Of a stretch of 19,597 bases of DNA, positions 1 through 6,449 are shown piece by piece (within the stretch, counting starts at the first letter, position 1; every line of letters begins with the position of its first letter). Under the pieces are notes generated by a model. That model made no database searches. It was given only the letters and a program-made list of their open reading frames with translations, and was not told the origin of the DNA. This DNA comes from Aphanocapsa sp. GSE-SYN-MK-11-07L (lineage in GTDB: Bacteria; Cyanobacteriota; Cyanobacteriia; Thermosynechococcales; Thermosynechococcaceae). The DNA is taken from positions 1 to 19,597 of the forward strand of contig JAHHGS010000012.1 of NCBI GenBank assembly GCA_019359715.1, given 5' to 3'. The position numbers and the translations under genes are program-made.

Positions 1-129
1 TTGAGTAACGATTTGACAATGGTGGGAAAGGACGATATCATCAGATATTATTTTTGTATTTCTTGGGGACAGAATACTACATTCTGCCCCCATTTTTTCT
101 GCGTTAAGCTATCTTTCAACACTTCTGTG

Positions 130-157
130 GCGGCGGGTGAACGGGGTCGTTAGGTTT
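130..157. repeat. 28-bp repeat copy A (gcggcgggtgaacggggtcgttaggttt); it overlaps the stop codon of the ADH gene and is the perfect reverse complement of 1195-1222
   Basis: The reverse complement of 130-157 equals 1195-1222 exactly (28/28). Confidence 0.8.
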
Positions 158-1130
158 TGTTGTTGTGTTCCACAACGATGACTACACTTCCTTTTTTGTG
201 CCCTTGCTCGACATAACTATGAGCCTCGGCAGTTTGTTCCAACAGATAACGCTTATCTATGACCGATTTCATTTTTCCTGCTTCAATTAGCTCTTTGAGG
301 AAAATTAGATCTTCCTTACGCTCGATCGCTACCCCACCGATCACTTTCTTGTTGCTTGTCATCGAAGTCCATAGCCCTTGAAGTATCGGGGATAGATTTA
401 TATGGACAGCTCTGAGATAGATCCCGTTTTGCTTTAGTGATCTTAGACAACCTGAAAATGGACTTTTGCCTATCGTGTCAAAAACAATATCATAGGTCTT
501 ACCGCTTTTGGTAAAGTCCTCTTTGGTGTAATCAATAACCTTGTCAGATCCCAAAGATTTCACTAATTCCAAATTTGCCGTACTACATACCCCAGTAACT
601 TCTGCCCCAAAAGATTTGGCAAGCTGCACGGCAGCCGTACCTAATGCTCCAGAAGCCCCATAGATCAAGATTTTTTGTCCATTCTGAATATTTCCCTTGT
701 CTCTCAGGAAAAGTAATGAGGTTGTTGCTCCAAAAGGAATGGCGGCGGCTTCCTCATAGGTCATATTGATAGGTTTGATTGCAACTGCTGCTGCTTCGGG
801 TAGACAGATGTACTCAGCGTTAGCACCAAGACTAGTTCCTGCTCCCGCAAAGACCTGATCACCCTCTTTGAATTGTTTTACATTTTTGCCTATTGCTTCA
901 ATTTCTCCAGCTAGCTCAGACCCTAGTATTGTGTTTTTCTTAGGTCTTTTGAAACCATAGAAAAACCTTACGGGGAATGGGTCAGACTTTCGTATGCGTA
1001 CATCTGCTGATGTTACTGTGGTCGCATATATTCTTATCAGTACTTCGTTTTCCCCAGGAGTAGGTTTTTCTACCTCCTTCAGCTGCATAACATCAGGTAA
1101 GCCGTACTCTGTGCAGATAATTGCTTTCAT
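150..1130 (-). CDS. Zinc-type alcohol dehydrogenase / NADPH:quinone oxidoreductase family (medium-chain dehydrogenase/reductase superfamily)
   Basis: 326-aa ORF. The N-terminus '[34 protein letters not shown]' is typical of the GroES-like domain of quinone-oxidoreductase-type MDRs. A glycine-rich dinucleotide-binding stretch '[19 protein letters not shown]' is present. Co-directional with the upstream small membrane protein and divergent from an HxlR regulator, a common arrangement for these redox genes. Confidence 0.85.
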   Translation of the reverse strand: MKAIICTEYGLPDVMQLKEVEKPTPGENEVLIRIYATTVTSADVRIRKSDPFPVRFFYGFKRPKKNTILGSELAGEIEAIGKNVKQFKEGDQVFAGAGTSLGANAEYICLPEAAAVAIKPINMTYEEAAAIPFGATTSLLFLRDKGNIQNGQKILIYGASGALGTAAVQLAKSFGAEVTGVCSTANLELVKSLGSDKVIDYTKEDFTKSGKTYDIVFDTIGKSPFSGCLRSLKQNGIYLRAVHINLSPILQGLWTSMTSNKKVIGGVAIERKEDLIFLKELIEAGKMKSVIDKRYLLEQTAEAHSYVEQGHKKGSVVIVVEHNNKT

Positions 1131-1194
1131 GAATGCTCCTCAAAGATAGCTTTAGTGTAGTTCACCACACAATCTTCTATCCAATGAGTTTGCG

Positions 1195-1222
1195 AAACCT
1201 AACGACCCCGTTCACCCGCCGC
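1195..1222. repeat. 28-bp repeat copy B (aaacctaacgaccccgttcacccgccgc), in the DoxX-like/ADH intergenic region
   Basis: Perfect inverted copy of 130-157, lying about 65 nt upstream of the ADH start codon on the mRNA strand. Confidence 0.8.
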
Positions 1223-1263
1223 TAGTGAACCTTCGGCATCAGCGACCATCATTATACGGTCGG

Positions 1264-1288
1264 CGTGCAACGGGATTGTTAGGCTTTG
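1264..1288. repeat. Degenerate third copy of the same repeat (cgtgcaacgggattgttaggctttg), same orientation as copy A, abutting the stop of the DoxX-like gene
   Basis: About 85% identity to 136-159 (aacgggGtCgttaggTtttg vs aacgggAtTgttaggCtttg). Together with copy B it forms an imperfect inverted repeat with a ~42-nt spacer. Confidence 0.55.
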
Positions 1289-1738
1289 CTATGCAACAGT
1301 TTCTGGGCTTTTTACCTGCTTCTTTTCAGTGTTAATCCGATCGTCTGTTTTGCGAATAGTAAGTAAAACTAACGCCATGAGTTCTGGAACCAGTGCAGCA
1401 ATTGCTGTAAGTTTTAATGACCAAGTTTCAGATGCATTAAACAATCCCGCCACACTACTCAAGTGTGCAGACATGATATCGGTAGCGTCAATAGCAACAC
1501 ACGCTAACAAAAGCGTTTGCACGGTACTTCTATTGGCAAAAGCCACAATCACGGCAAGCACAATGTCTCTAATTGCCCAAACACGAATGATGTAAGGCAT
1601 TTGGATATTTGAATCGATTGGGATGCTAAGTTGTTCCATCAACCACAGCGGGTCAGCATATCCAACAGCACTTAGGCTAAACCGAATTAGGCACATTAGC
1701 CCTATGAGTAAAGCGATATACCAACGTTGATCTCTCAT
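1289..1738 (-). CDS. Small polytopic membrane protein, DoxX-like (putative)
   Basis: 149-aa ORF with 3-4 hydrophobic helices (LLIGLMCLIRFSLSAV; IVLAVIVAFA; LLLACVAIDATDI; LTAIAALVPELMALVLL). It sits immediately upstream of, and co-directional with, the ADH/quinone-reductase gene and divergent from HxlR, the typical DoxX context. The family assignment rests on size, topology and context only. Confidence 0.5.
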   Translation of the reverse strand: MRDQRWYIALLIGLMCLIRFSLSAVGYADPLWLMEQLSIPIDSNIQMPYIIRVWAIRDIVLAVIVAFANRSTVQTLLLACVAIDATDIMSAHLSSVAGLFNASETWSLKLTAIAALVPELMALVLLTIRKTDDRINTEKKQVKSPETVA

Positions 1739-1790
1739 GTTTACTCCTGCCGATAAATTTTCTAGAAATCTATGTAGACATTAAACCCAT

Positions 1791-1826
1791 TAGTTACTAA
1801 AGTAAAGTAGTTACCATTTAGTAACT
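1791..1826. promoter_or_regulatory. Candidate operator: three copies of TAGT(T/A)AC (1791, 1808 direct; 1820 inverted), including the inverted repeat AGTTAC-N6-GTAACT at 1809-1826
   Basis: Seen in the 117-bp divergent region between the DoxX-like/ADH operon and the HxlR gene. HxlR/MarR-type regulators bind inverted repeats in such divergent promoters. Confidence 0.3.
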
Positions 1827-1855
1827 CTATAACCTCTGAGAAACTAACAGCATCT

Positions 1856-2182
1856 ATGGCAGAATCGGAATGCACTCCCCTTGAAAAACTGCTTAACCAA
1901 ATTTCGGGGCAGTGGACGATGTACATTTTGTGGATCTTAGACACTAATGGAACCATGCGCTTCGGCGAATTAAAACGCAAGATTGATAGCATCTCACCTA
2001 AAGTCTTGACACAACGATTGCGGATGCTAGAAGAAATCGGAATTGTCTATCGTAGCTACGAATCCACGATTCCACCGCAAGTTTCTTACGAATTGACTGA
2101 ACGCGGTAAGGAACTATCTAAGCCGCTTTATGATCTCTGCGATCTTGCTTCACGCTGGTATGATGGCGAGGCTAATACGTAA
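1856..2182 (+). CDS. HxlR-family winged-helix transcriptional regulator
   Basis: 108 aa. 'CTPLEKLLNQISGQWTMYILWILDTNGTMRFGELKRKIDSISPKVLTQRLRMLEEIGIVYRSYESTIPPQVSYELTERGKEL' matches the HxlR (DUF24) pattern: a Cys near the N-terminus, a 'G.W...IL..L..G..RF.EL...I..IS.K.L...L..LE..G...R......P..V.Y.LT..G' signature, and a short size. Confidence 0.8.
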   Translation: MAESECTPLEKLLNQISGQWTMYILWILDTNGTMRFGELKRKIDSISPKVLTQRLRMLEEIGIVYRSYESTIPPQVSYELTERGKELSKPLYDLCDLASRWYDGEANT

Positions 2183-2243
2183 ACACTCACCGATCAATTC
2201 CCAAAACTATCCTCACCAGCGACTTAAGAAGCCTAACTACTAC

Positions 2244-2528
2244 TTAGACGGAATATTTCCATATAATCACCCCAACAGGAGACTTAGGCGGAAACTCATC
2301 CACCTAAATCAACTATTTAAGCAATTAGGTGGACAATTTCCTATCTAACCAACCCATTGAGGTGCTTAGATGGACTCTATCCGCCTAAGCGGCCGAGTCA
2401 GGGACTGAGATGGAATTTTGTCCGCTTTTCTGCTCAATCAGGGCGATTAGGCGGAATTAATTCCTAATAATATCCCTTTTGAGGTATTTAGACTGTAAAT
2501 TGGAGCATTGAATAATCCTTGCAATACT
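2244..2528. repeat. Degenerate tandem repeat, 7 units with period 40-42 bp. Each unit begins with the head TTAGRYGGA-N5-6-TCC (unit starts 2244, 2284, 2325, 2366, 2406, 2447, 2488)
   Basis: Heads read TTAGACGGAATATTTCC, TTAGGCGGAAACTCATCC, TTAGGTGGACAATTTCC, TTAGATGGACTCTATCC, TGAGATGGAATTTTGTCC, TTAGGCGGAATTAATTCC and TTAGACTGTAAATTGGAGC. Tails also show pairwise similarity (ttgaggt in units 2 and 5; tcaggg in units 3 and 4). Confidence 0.6.
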
Positions 2529-2651
2529 TTTTTTGGAAATCGATTAGCTTTGATTGGCAATCTCTAAAATGATTGAAGTAGTTTATGGCTGTGGTTTGAA
2601 GCTCTAAGTTTCGATCTGGTCTTAGGTTGCCAGTATTCTCCGGTTTTGATT

Positions 2652-3518
2652 ATGGTTAACTCTACTCAGCCTTGGCGATTGAGAGGGCGTGATTTTAGCT
2701 GGGGCGATCGCACCTATTTGATGGGGATTCTGAATCTGACTCCCGACAGCTTCAGCGATGGCGGGCAGTTTAATGCTCTGGCGGCGGCGGTTCCGCAGGC
2801 TAAAGCGCTGGCGGCGGCAGGGATGGATATTTTAGATCTGGGTGGACAATCGACTCGCCCCCAAGCGGTGGAAGTCTCACTTGAAACCGAGCTAGAGCGC
2901 GTCATTCCGGTGATTGAAGCAGTGCGATCCCAGGGGCTAGATGTGCCGATTTCAATTGACACCACTCGCGCTGAGGTGGCCGCACGGGCGATCGCGGCCG
3001 GAGCAGATCTGGTCAACGATGTGTCTGGGGCGATGGCTGACCCTGAAATGTTGCCAATCGTTGCCCGCTTAGGAGTGCCGATTATTCTTATGCATCGGCG
3101 GGGCAACCCGCGCACAATGCAGCAACTCACCGAGTATCAGGACTTAGTCACCGAAGTCTATGATTTTTTGGCTGACCGGGCGCAGGCCGCGATCGCGGCT
3201 GGGGTAAGGGCGATCGCGATTGATCCAGGGATTGGGTTTGCTAAAACGGCGACGCAAAGCCTGCAACTGCTGCAACAGCTCAGCCGCTTTCAAAACTTGG
3301 GCTACCCGATTTTAGTTGGGCCATCCCGCAAGAGCTTTATTGGGCAAATTCTTGATCAACCCGACCCCAAACAGCGGCTGTGGGGCACGGCGGCGGCCTG
3401 TTGCGGGGCGATCGCCGGCGGAGCAGATATCCTGCGCGTTCACGATGGAGCCGAGATGCGAGATGTCTGTCGGGTGGCAGATGCCTTATGGCGTCGGGGC
3501 CCAGTCACAAAGACTTAA
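2652..3518 (+). CDS. folP: Dihydropteroate synthase
   Basis: 'GILNLTPDSFSDGG', 'DILDLGGQSTRP', 'ISIDT', 'NDVSG' and 'GPSRKSFIG' are the conserved DHPS/pterin-binding motifs. The ORF track opens at a TTG at 2646. The first ATG is at 2652. Confidence 0.9.
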   Translation: MVNSTQPWRLRGRDFSWGDRTYLMGILNLTPDSFSDGGQFNALAAAVPQAKALAAAGMDILDLGGQSTRPQAVEVSLETELERVIPVIEAVRSQGLDVPISIDTTRAEVAARAIAAGADLVNDVSGAMADPEMLPIVARLGVPIILMHRRGNPRTMQQLTEYQDLVTEVYDFLADRAQAAIAAGVRAIAIDPGIGFAKTATQSLQLLQQLSRFQNLGYPILVGPSRKSFIGQILDQPDPKQRLWGTAAACCGAIAGGADILRVHDGAEMRDVCRVADALWRRGPVTKT

Positions 3519-3574
3519 ATCGGGGTTGTAGTCTAAGCAAATTAGTTGCTAATATACATAAGCTTGCCAATCGT

Positions 3575-3646
3575 TGGGGCGTCGCCAAGTGGTAAGGCAG
3601 CTGGTTTTGGTCCAGCCATTCAGAGGTTCGAATCCTTTCGCCCCAG
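3575..3646 (+). tRNA. tRNA-Gln (anticodon UUG)
   Basis: Hand-folded cloverleaf. Acceptor TGGGGCG pairs with CGCCCCA. D-stem is GCC/GGC. Anticodon stem GCTGG/CCAGC carries the loop TT-TTG-GT. Variable loop is CATTC. T-arm is AGAGG-TTCGAAT-CCTTT. Discriminator is G, and CCA is not encoded. Length 72 nt. Confidence 0.85.
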
Positions 3647-3656
3647 TTATCTCATC
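3645..3656. repeat. Left copy of the 12-bp direct repeat AGTTATCTCATC (overlaps the last acceptor base and the discriminator of tRNA-Gln)
   Basis: Exact 12/12 match to 5831-5842. Confidence 0.6.
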
Positions 3657-3701
3657 AGCAGCAGATATGAAATTCTTCATCTTGCTGAAGAGTCATTCTT
3701 A

Positions 3702-4037
3702 ATGAACCATCCTAAAGAACAACCAATCTTCGAGCGCGGAAGCGGGAATGTTTTTGCAGATCTTGGTTTAGACGATGCGGATGAATTGTTCGCGCGCTCA
3801 CAGATTGGCTTTCAAGTTTGGAAAATTCTCAAAAGCATGAATCTTAAACAACGGGAAATCGCCCACCTCTTAGACATCAAACAACCGGAAGTGTCTCATC
3901 TGATGAATGGAGAGTTTAGCCGTTTCAGTGAAGGGAAGCTGCTGAATTTTCTAAAGCGGCTCGATCGCGAGGTCATTATTCAAATCTATGCTGTCAGCGA
4001 AGGTCAACGCCAGCCCGAAGCAACGCTGACCTTATAA
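3702..4037 (+). CDS. XRE-family helix-turn-helix DNA-binding protein (repressor/antitoxin-like)
   Basis: 'IGFQVWKILKSMNLKQREIAHLLDIKQPEVSHLMNGEFSRFSEGKLLNFLKRLDREVIIQI' is a canonical XRE/HTH_37-type HTH with a 'LG.DV.I' tail. The tracked ORF (3546) overlaps the tRNA, so the start was reset to the ATG at 3702. Confidence 0.6.
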   Translation: MNHPKEQPIFERGSGNVFADLGLDDADELFARSQIGFQVWKILKSMNLKQREIAHLLDIKQPEVSHLMNGEFSRFSEGKLLNFLKRLDREVIIQIYAVSEGQRQPEATLTL

Positions 4038-4097
4038 GTCGTAATTTGTCAGCAGAGACAAAATCGCCTTTCCAACAAAATACGAGCACATGTGGCT

Positions 4098-4145
4098 GAG
4101 ATGATCATGTAAACGAGATCATGATCTTGTTGATCGAAATCAAGC
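4098..4145. promoter_or_regulatory. Cluster of GATC-containing palindromes: ATGATCAT (4101-4108), GATCATGATC (4117-4126) and TTGAT-cgaa-ATCAA (4130-4143), with GATCATG repeated directly
   Basis: Read directly from the intergenic region between the XRE gene and the J-domain/HNH operon. It is positioned like an operator/promoter for the downstream pair. Confidence 0.3.
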
Positions 4146-4245
4146 AAAACACATTAGCTTTTTCGGAAAAAATTATATTTGCTGCTGCGAAATTTCTGAC
4201 GTTTGTGGGAACTATAAGAAAACCCAACGGTAGAAGTTAATCGCA

Positions 4246-4785
4246 ATGGATAAACTCAACACACTGATTACTGAAGAAATCGCCAGAGTAGCCGCCTTAT
4301 CCAAAATTGACCCAACCACGCTGGAAAGTTTTGCCTTATTCGTGATTGAAAATCACGGAAAGAAGGTACTGAAACCTAAACCGCTAACTTTAGCGCAAAT
4401 TAAGGCAGCAGTTTTTAAGCACTTTGGCGTCGCCGATACCAAGCAACTTAAGAAGTCTGCAACCTTCGTGATGGCAACGAATGGGATGAGCGTCAGCCTT
4501 AGTAAGAAAGAAGGCTGGGAAGCTCTTTATCGCAAGTTCTTGGGGATTTTACCAGGCGAAGATGGTGAAAAAGGACACGGCTGTATTAATGGCATCAGCA
4601 TTTTTAAGTACACTTTGCCCTGGCGTGCTTTTGGCCTAGATTCCGAGAGTGCCAGCACCGAAGACATCAAGACTGCTTACCGAGATTTAAGTAAGATTTA
4701 CCATCCTGATGTGAGACCAACAGGAGATGCCCAGGTTTTTGAGCGACTTACAGTGTTCTACAAAAGTTTGACGGAGCAATTCTGA
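4246..4785 (+). CDS. Protein with a C-terminal J-domain (DnaJ-like, HPD motif) and an uncharacterised N-terminal domain
   Basis: 179 aa. The C-terminal region 'AFGLDSESASTEDIKTAYRDLSKIYHPDVRPTGDAQVFERLTVFYKSL' matches the J-domain pattern (helix II 'A.AS..EIK.AYR.L...YHPD', then helix III 'A...F..I..AY..L'). Its stop TGA overlaps the ATG of the next gene (ATGA). Confidence 0.7.
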   Translation: MDKLNTLITEEIARVAALSKIDPTTLESFALFVIENHGKKVLKPKPLTLAQIKAAVFKHFGVADTKQLKKSATFVMATNGMSVSLSKKEGWEALYRKFLGILPGEDGEKGHGCINGISIFKYTLPWRAFGLDSESASTEDIKTAYRDLSKIYHPDVRPTGDAQVFERLTVFYKSLTEQF

Positions 4786-5825
4786 TGCCAGAAGTTTACA
4801 TTACCTCGAAAAAGCTGATTGAGACTCTAAACATTAACAGTCGAGAATTGCTCAATTTGGAAGAATTTATTGATGCTGACCCAGATGATGAATGGGAGCT
4901 GAACGAAGGGAAAGATTACAAAGTGGTCAATGATCTTGGGCTGCGTGAGTACACCGAGACCGGAGCTTTCGCGATCGCCGGATGTTTAGAGCACCAAAGG
5001 TCAGCACAGAAAGGTTGGTTTCAAAAACTGATTCAGAAGCTGATCCAAACGACTAAAGGCGATATCCGTAAAGTCTTTGTGCAACAGAAGATTCTCAATA
5101 ATTCTTCTTCGCTTGTTCAGAATAACGATCTATATTTTCTATCGACGGCAGATGTCGTTGCTATTTTTGAGACTCGTCCCGATTACCTACGAAAAATATC
5201 CGAACTGGCTAAGCGCAGCGATAAGACAATTCTGGTCAAAAATGAAGATTACCTAGATTTAATGGACAAGGGAATTTATTACTCGCTTTCAGGACTAGTA
5301 AAGCTGGCTAAAGTGTTTGCTCAAGAACTGACTCAGAAAAATCGCCGCATTTGGTGTGGGGATGTAGGAGAGAACATCAATATTTATGTGAAAGACATTC
5401 TGAAACAAATTGAGTCAAGGAATGATGCAATTGAAAATGCAATCAAGCAAGCTAAAACCAAGGCAGGTAGGAAGTGCCAGGTTACAGGGGTTAAGGGAGA
5501 TAAGATTCAGAAAGTTCCTATGGCTGGTCATCACCTTTACTCCAAGGCAGAATATCCTCACTTGGCGGCTTGTGTAGACAACATTATTTGCATTGCCAAT
5601 GATCTCCACAACGATTTTCATCAGTATATGGGTGGTTTTGATAAGCCCTGCACACTGGATGACTTTGTGACTTTTATCAAGTGTTACTATCCAGAGCAAA
5701 CAGCCGTACTCACTTGGTTACAGGCAAAGAAACTGATCTTAGGCACTCCTCAACAAGATATTACCAAGCATGTGCTTCAGTTGTCCTGGCCAATTCCGCA
5801 GCTAGCACTCCCGCCTGCCCAGTAA
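4785..5825 (+). CDS. Protein with a C-terminal HNH-like nuclease motif (zinc-finger cysteines partly lost) and an unknown N-terminal region
   Basis: 346 aa. 'RKCQVTGVKGDKIQKVPMAGHHLYSKAEYPHLAACVDNIICIANDLHNDFH' fits the HNH consensus C..(C/T)G...HH..P.....N.I.(L)C...H..FH. The N-terminal roughly 60 aa ('YITSKKLIETLNINSRELLNLEEF') may be a small HTH-like domain. Translationally coupled to the J-domain gene. Confidence 0.6.
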   Translation: MPEVYITSKKLIETLNINSRELLNLEEFIDADPDDEWELNEGKDYKVVNDLGLREYTETGAFAIAGCLEHQRSAQKGWFQKLIQKLIQTTKGDIRKVFVQQKILNNSSSLVQNNDLYFLSTADVVAIFETRPDYLRKISELAKRSDKTILVKNEDYLDLMDKGIYYSLSGLVKLAKVFAQELTQKNRRIWCGDVGENINIYVKDILKQIESRNDAIENAIKQAKTKAGRKCQVTGVKGDKIQKVPMAGHHLYSKAEYPHLAACVDNIICIANDLHNDFHQYMGGFDKPCTLDDFVTFIKCYYPEQTAVLTWLQAKKLILGTPQQDITKHVLQLSWPIPQLALPPAQ

Positions 5826-5830
5826 TTCAA

Positions 5831-5842
5831 AGTTATCTCATC
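5831..5842. repeat. Right copy of the 12-bp direct repeat AGTTATCTCATC, 6 nt after the stop of the HNH-like gene
   Basis: Exact match to 3645-3656. Confidence 0.6.
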
Positions 5843-5855
5843 CCTTGAAAACCAC

Positions 5856-6446
5856 TTACGGAGACAAATAGCTGCGCCAGACTCCGACCAGTTGGGCTTG
5901 AATTTGGGGGGTTGAAATAGCGATCGCCGCTAGTTCAGCCGCGATCGGTTGGAGGGTTTGCTGCTTGCCGCTGCGAGTATAGTAGCCCAGCAACGGGCCA
6001 GCATCAGCAATTTGAGCTGTAATCAGGGCGCCGTTGGTCAGCTTGGCGGGGGCAGGCTGCATAATTAGTGCATCACCGTTTTGAATCAGGATAGATTGGA
6101 GCGCATCGCCCTCAACTTTTAAGACAAAGCAATTGGATTGGGCAGACAGGCGATCCAATTGCAGCCATTCTGTTGGGGCGTATTCGCGTACCCAACCTTG
6201 CGCCGCGATCGCTCCTGTGTAGGGAATTCCAGTTGGGTGCAAAATTCGCAGAGTGCGGGCCTGCCCTTGCTGCCAGTTGATGTAGCCCTTGTTTTTGAGG
6301 TGTTCTAGCCGGCTCTGGACGGGGGCAGGCGACTTTAAGCCCATTGCTTGCATCATTTGCCGGATTGACGGGGCATGGCGATGTTGCCCAATGTAGTCGA
6401 CTAGCCAGTCGTAGAGTTGCTTTTGGACAGGGCTGAGAGAAGGCAT
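5856..6446 (-). CDS. lexA: LexA-like transcriptional repressor (winged-helix N-domain plus S24-fold C-domain). The catalytic Ser and Lys are apparently not conserved
   Basis: 196 aa. The N-terminus 'LSPVQKQLYDWLVDYIGQHRHAPSIRQMMQAMGLKSPAPVQSRLEHLKNKGYI' is a LexA DNA-binding domain. The C-terminus 'FVLKVEGDALQSILIQNGDALIM' aligns gap-free with E. coli '[23 protein letters not shown]', which places Ala where Ser119 sits. Confidence 0.7.
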   Translation of the reverse strand: MPSLSPVQKQLYDWLVDYIGQHRHAPSIRQMMQAMGLKSPAPVQSRLEHLKNKGYINWQQGQARTLRILHPTGIPYTGAIAAQGWVREYAPTEWLQLDRLSAQSNCFVLKVEGDALQSILIQNGDALIMQPAPAKLTNGALITAQIADAGPLLGYYTRSGKQQTLQPIAAELAAIAISTPQIQAQLVGVWRSYLSP

Positions 6447-6449
6447 AGC

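Noticed and set aside
1329-1595. 88-aa plus-strand ORF inside the DoxX-like gene, and similar antisense/overlapping ORFs (1762-1992, 2714-3130, 3316-3595, 5415-5699, 6112-6513, 7568-7774, 8042-8433, 8758-9129, 9137-9517, 10143-10445, 11194-11481, 12406-12754, 13255-13528, 13582-13779, 14412-14942, 15495-15704, 16583-16852, 17406-17969, 19016-19526)
   Set aside because: All are embedded in, or antisense to, longer ORFs with recognisable domains. They have biased Arg/Ser/Ala-rich compositions typical of out-of-frame reading of GC-rich genes. No independent support.
2130-2348. 72-aa ORF in the hxlR-folP intergenic region
   Set aside because: It lies inside the degenerate tandem-repeat array, has low-complexity basic composition and no start context, so it is probably non-coding.
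2244-2528. Possibility that the 41-bp array is a CRISPR locus
   Set aside because: The conserved part is only ~17 bp and degenerate, the spacers would be ~24 bp, there is no leader or cas context, and the repeats show no internal palindromic structure typical of CRISPR.
3546-3701. The 5' portion of the tracked 163-aa ORF that overlaps tRNA-Gln
   Set aside because: It runs straight through a well-folding tRNA gene. The recognisable HTH protein begins at the internal ATG at 3702, so the upstream extension is an ORF-finder artefact.
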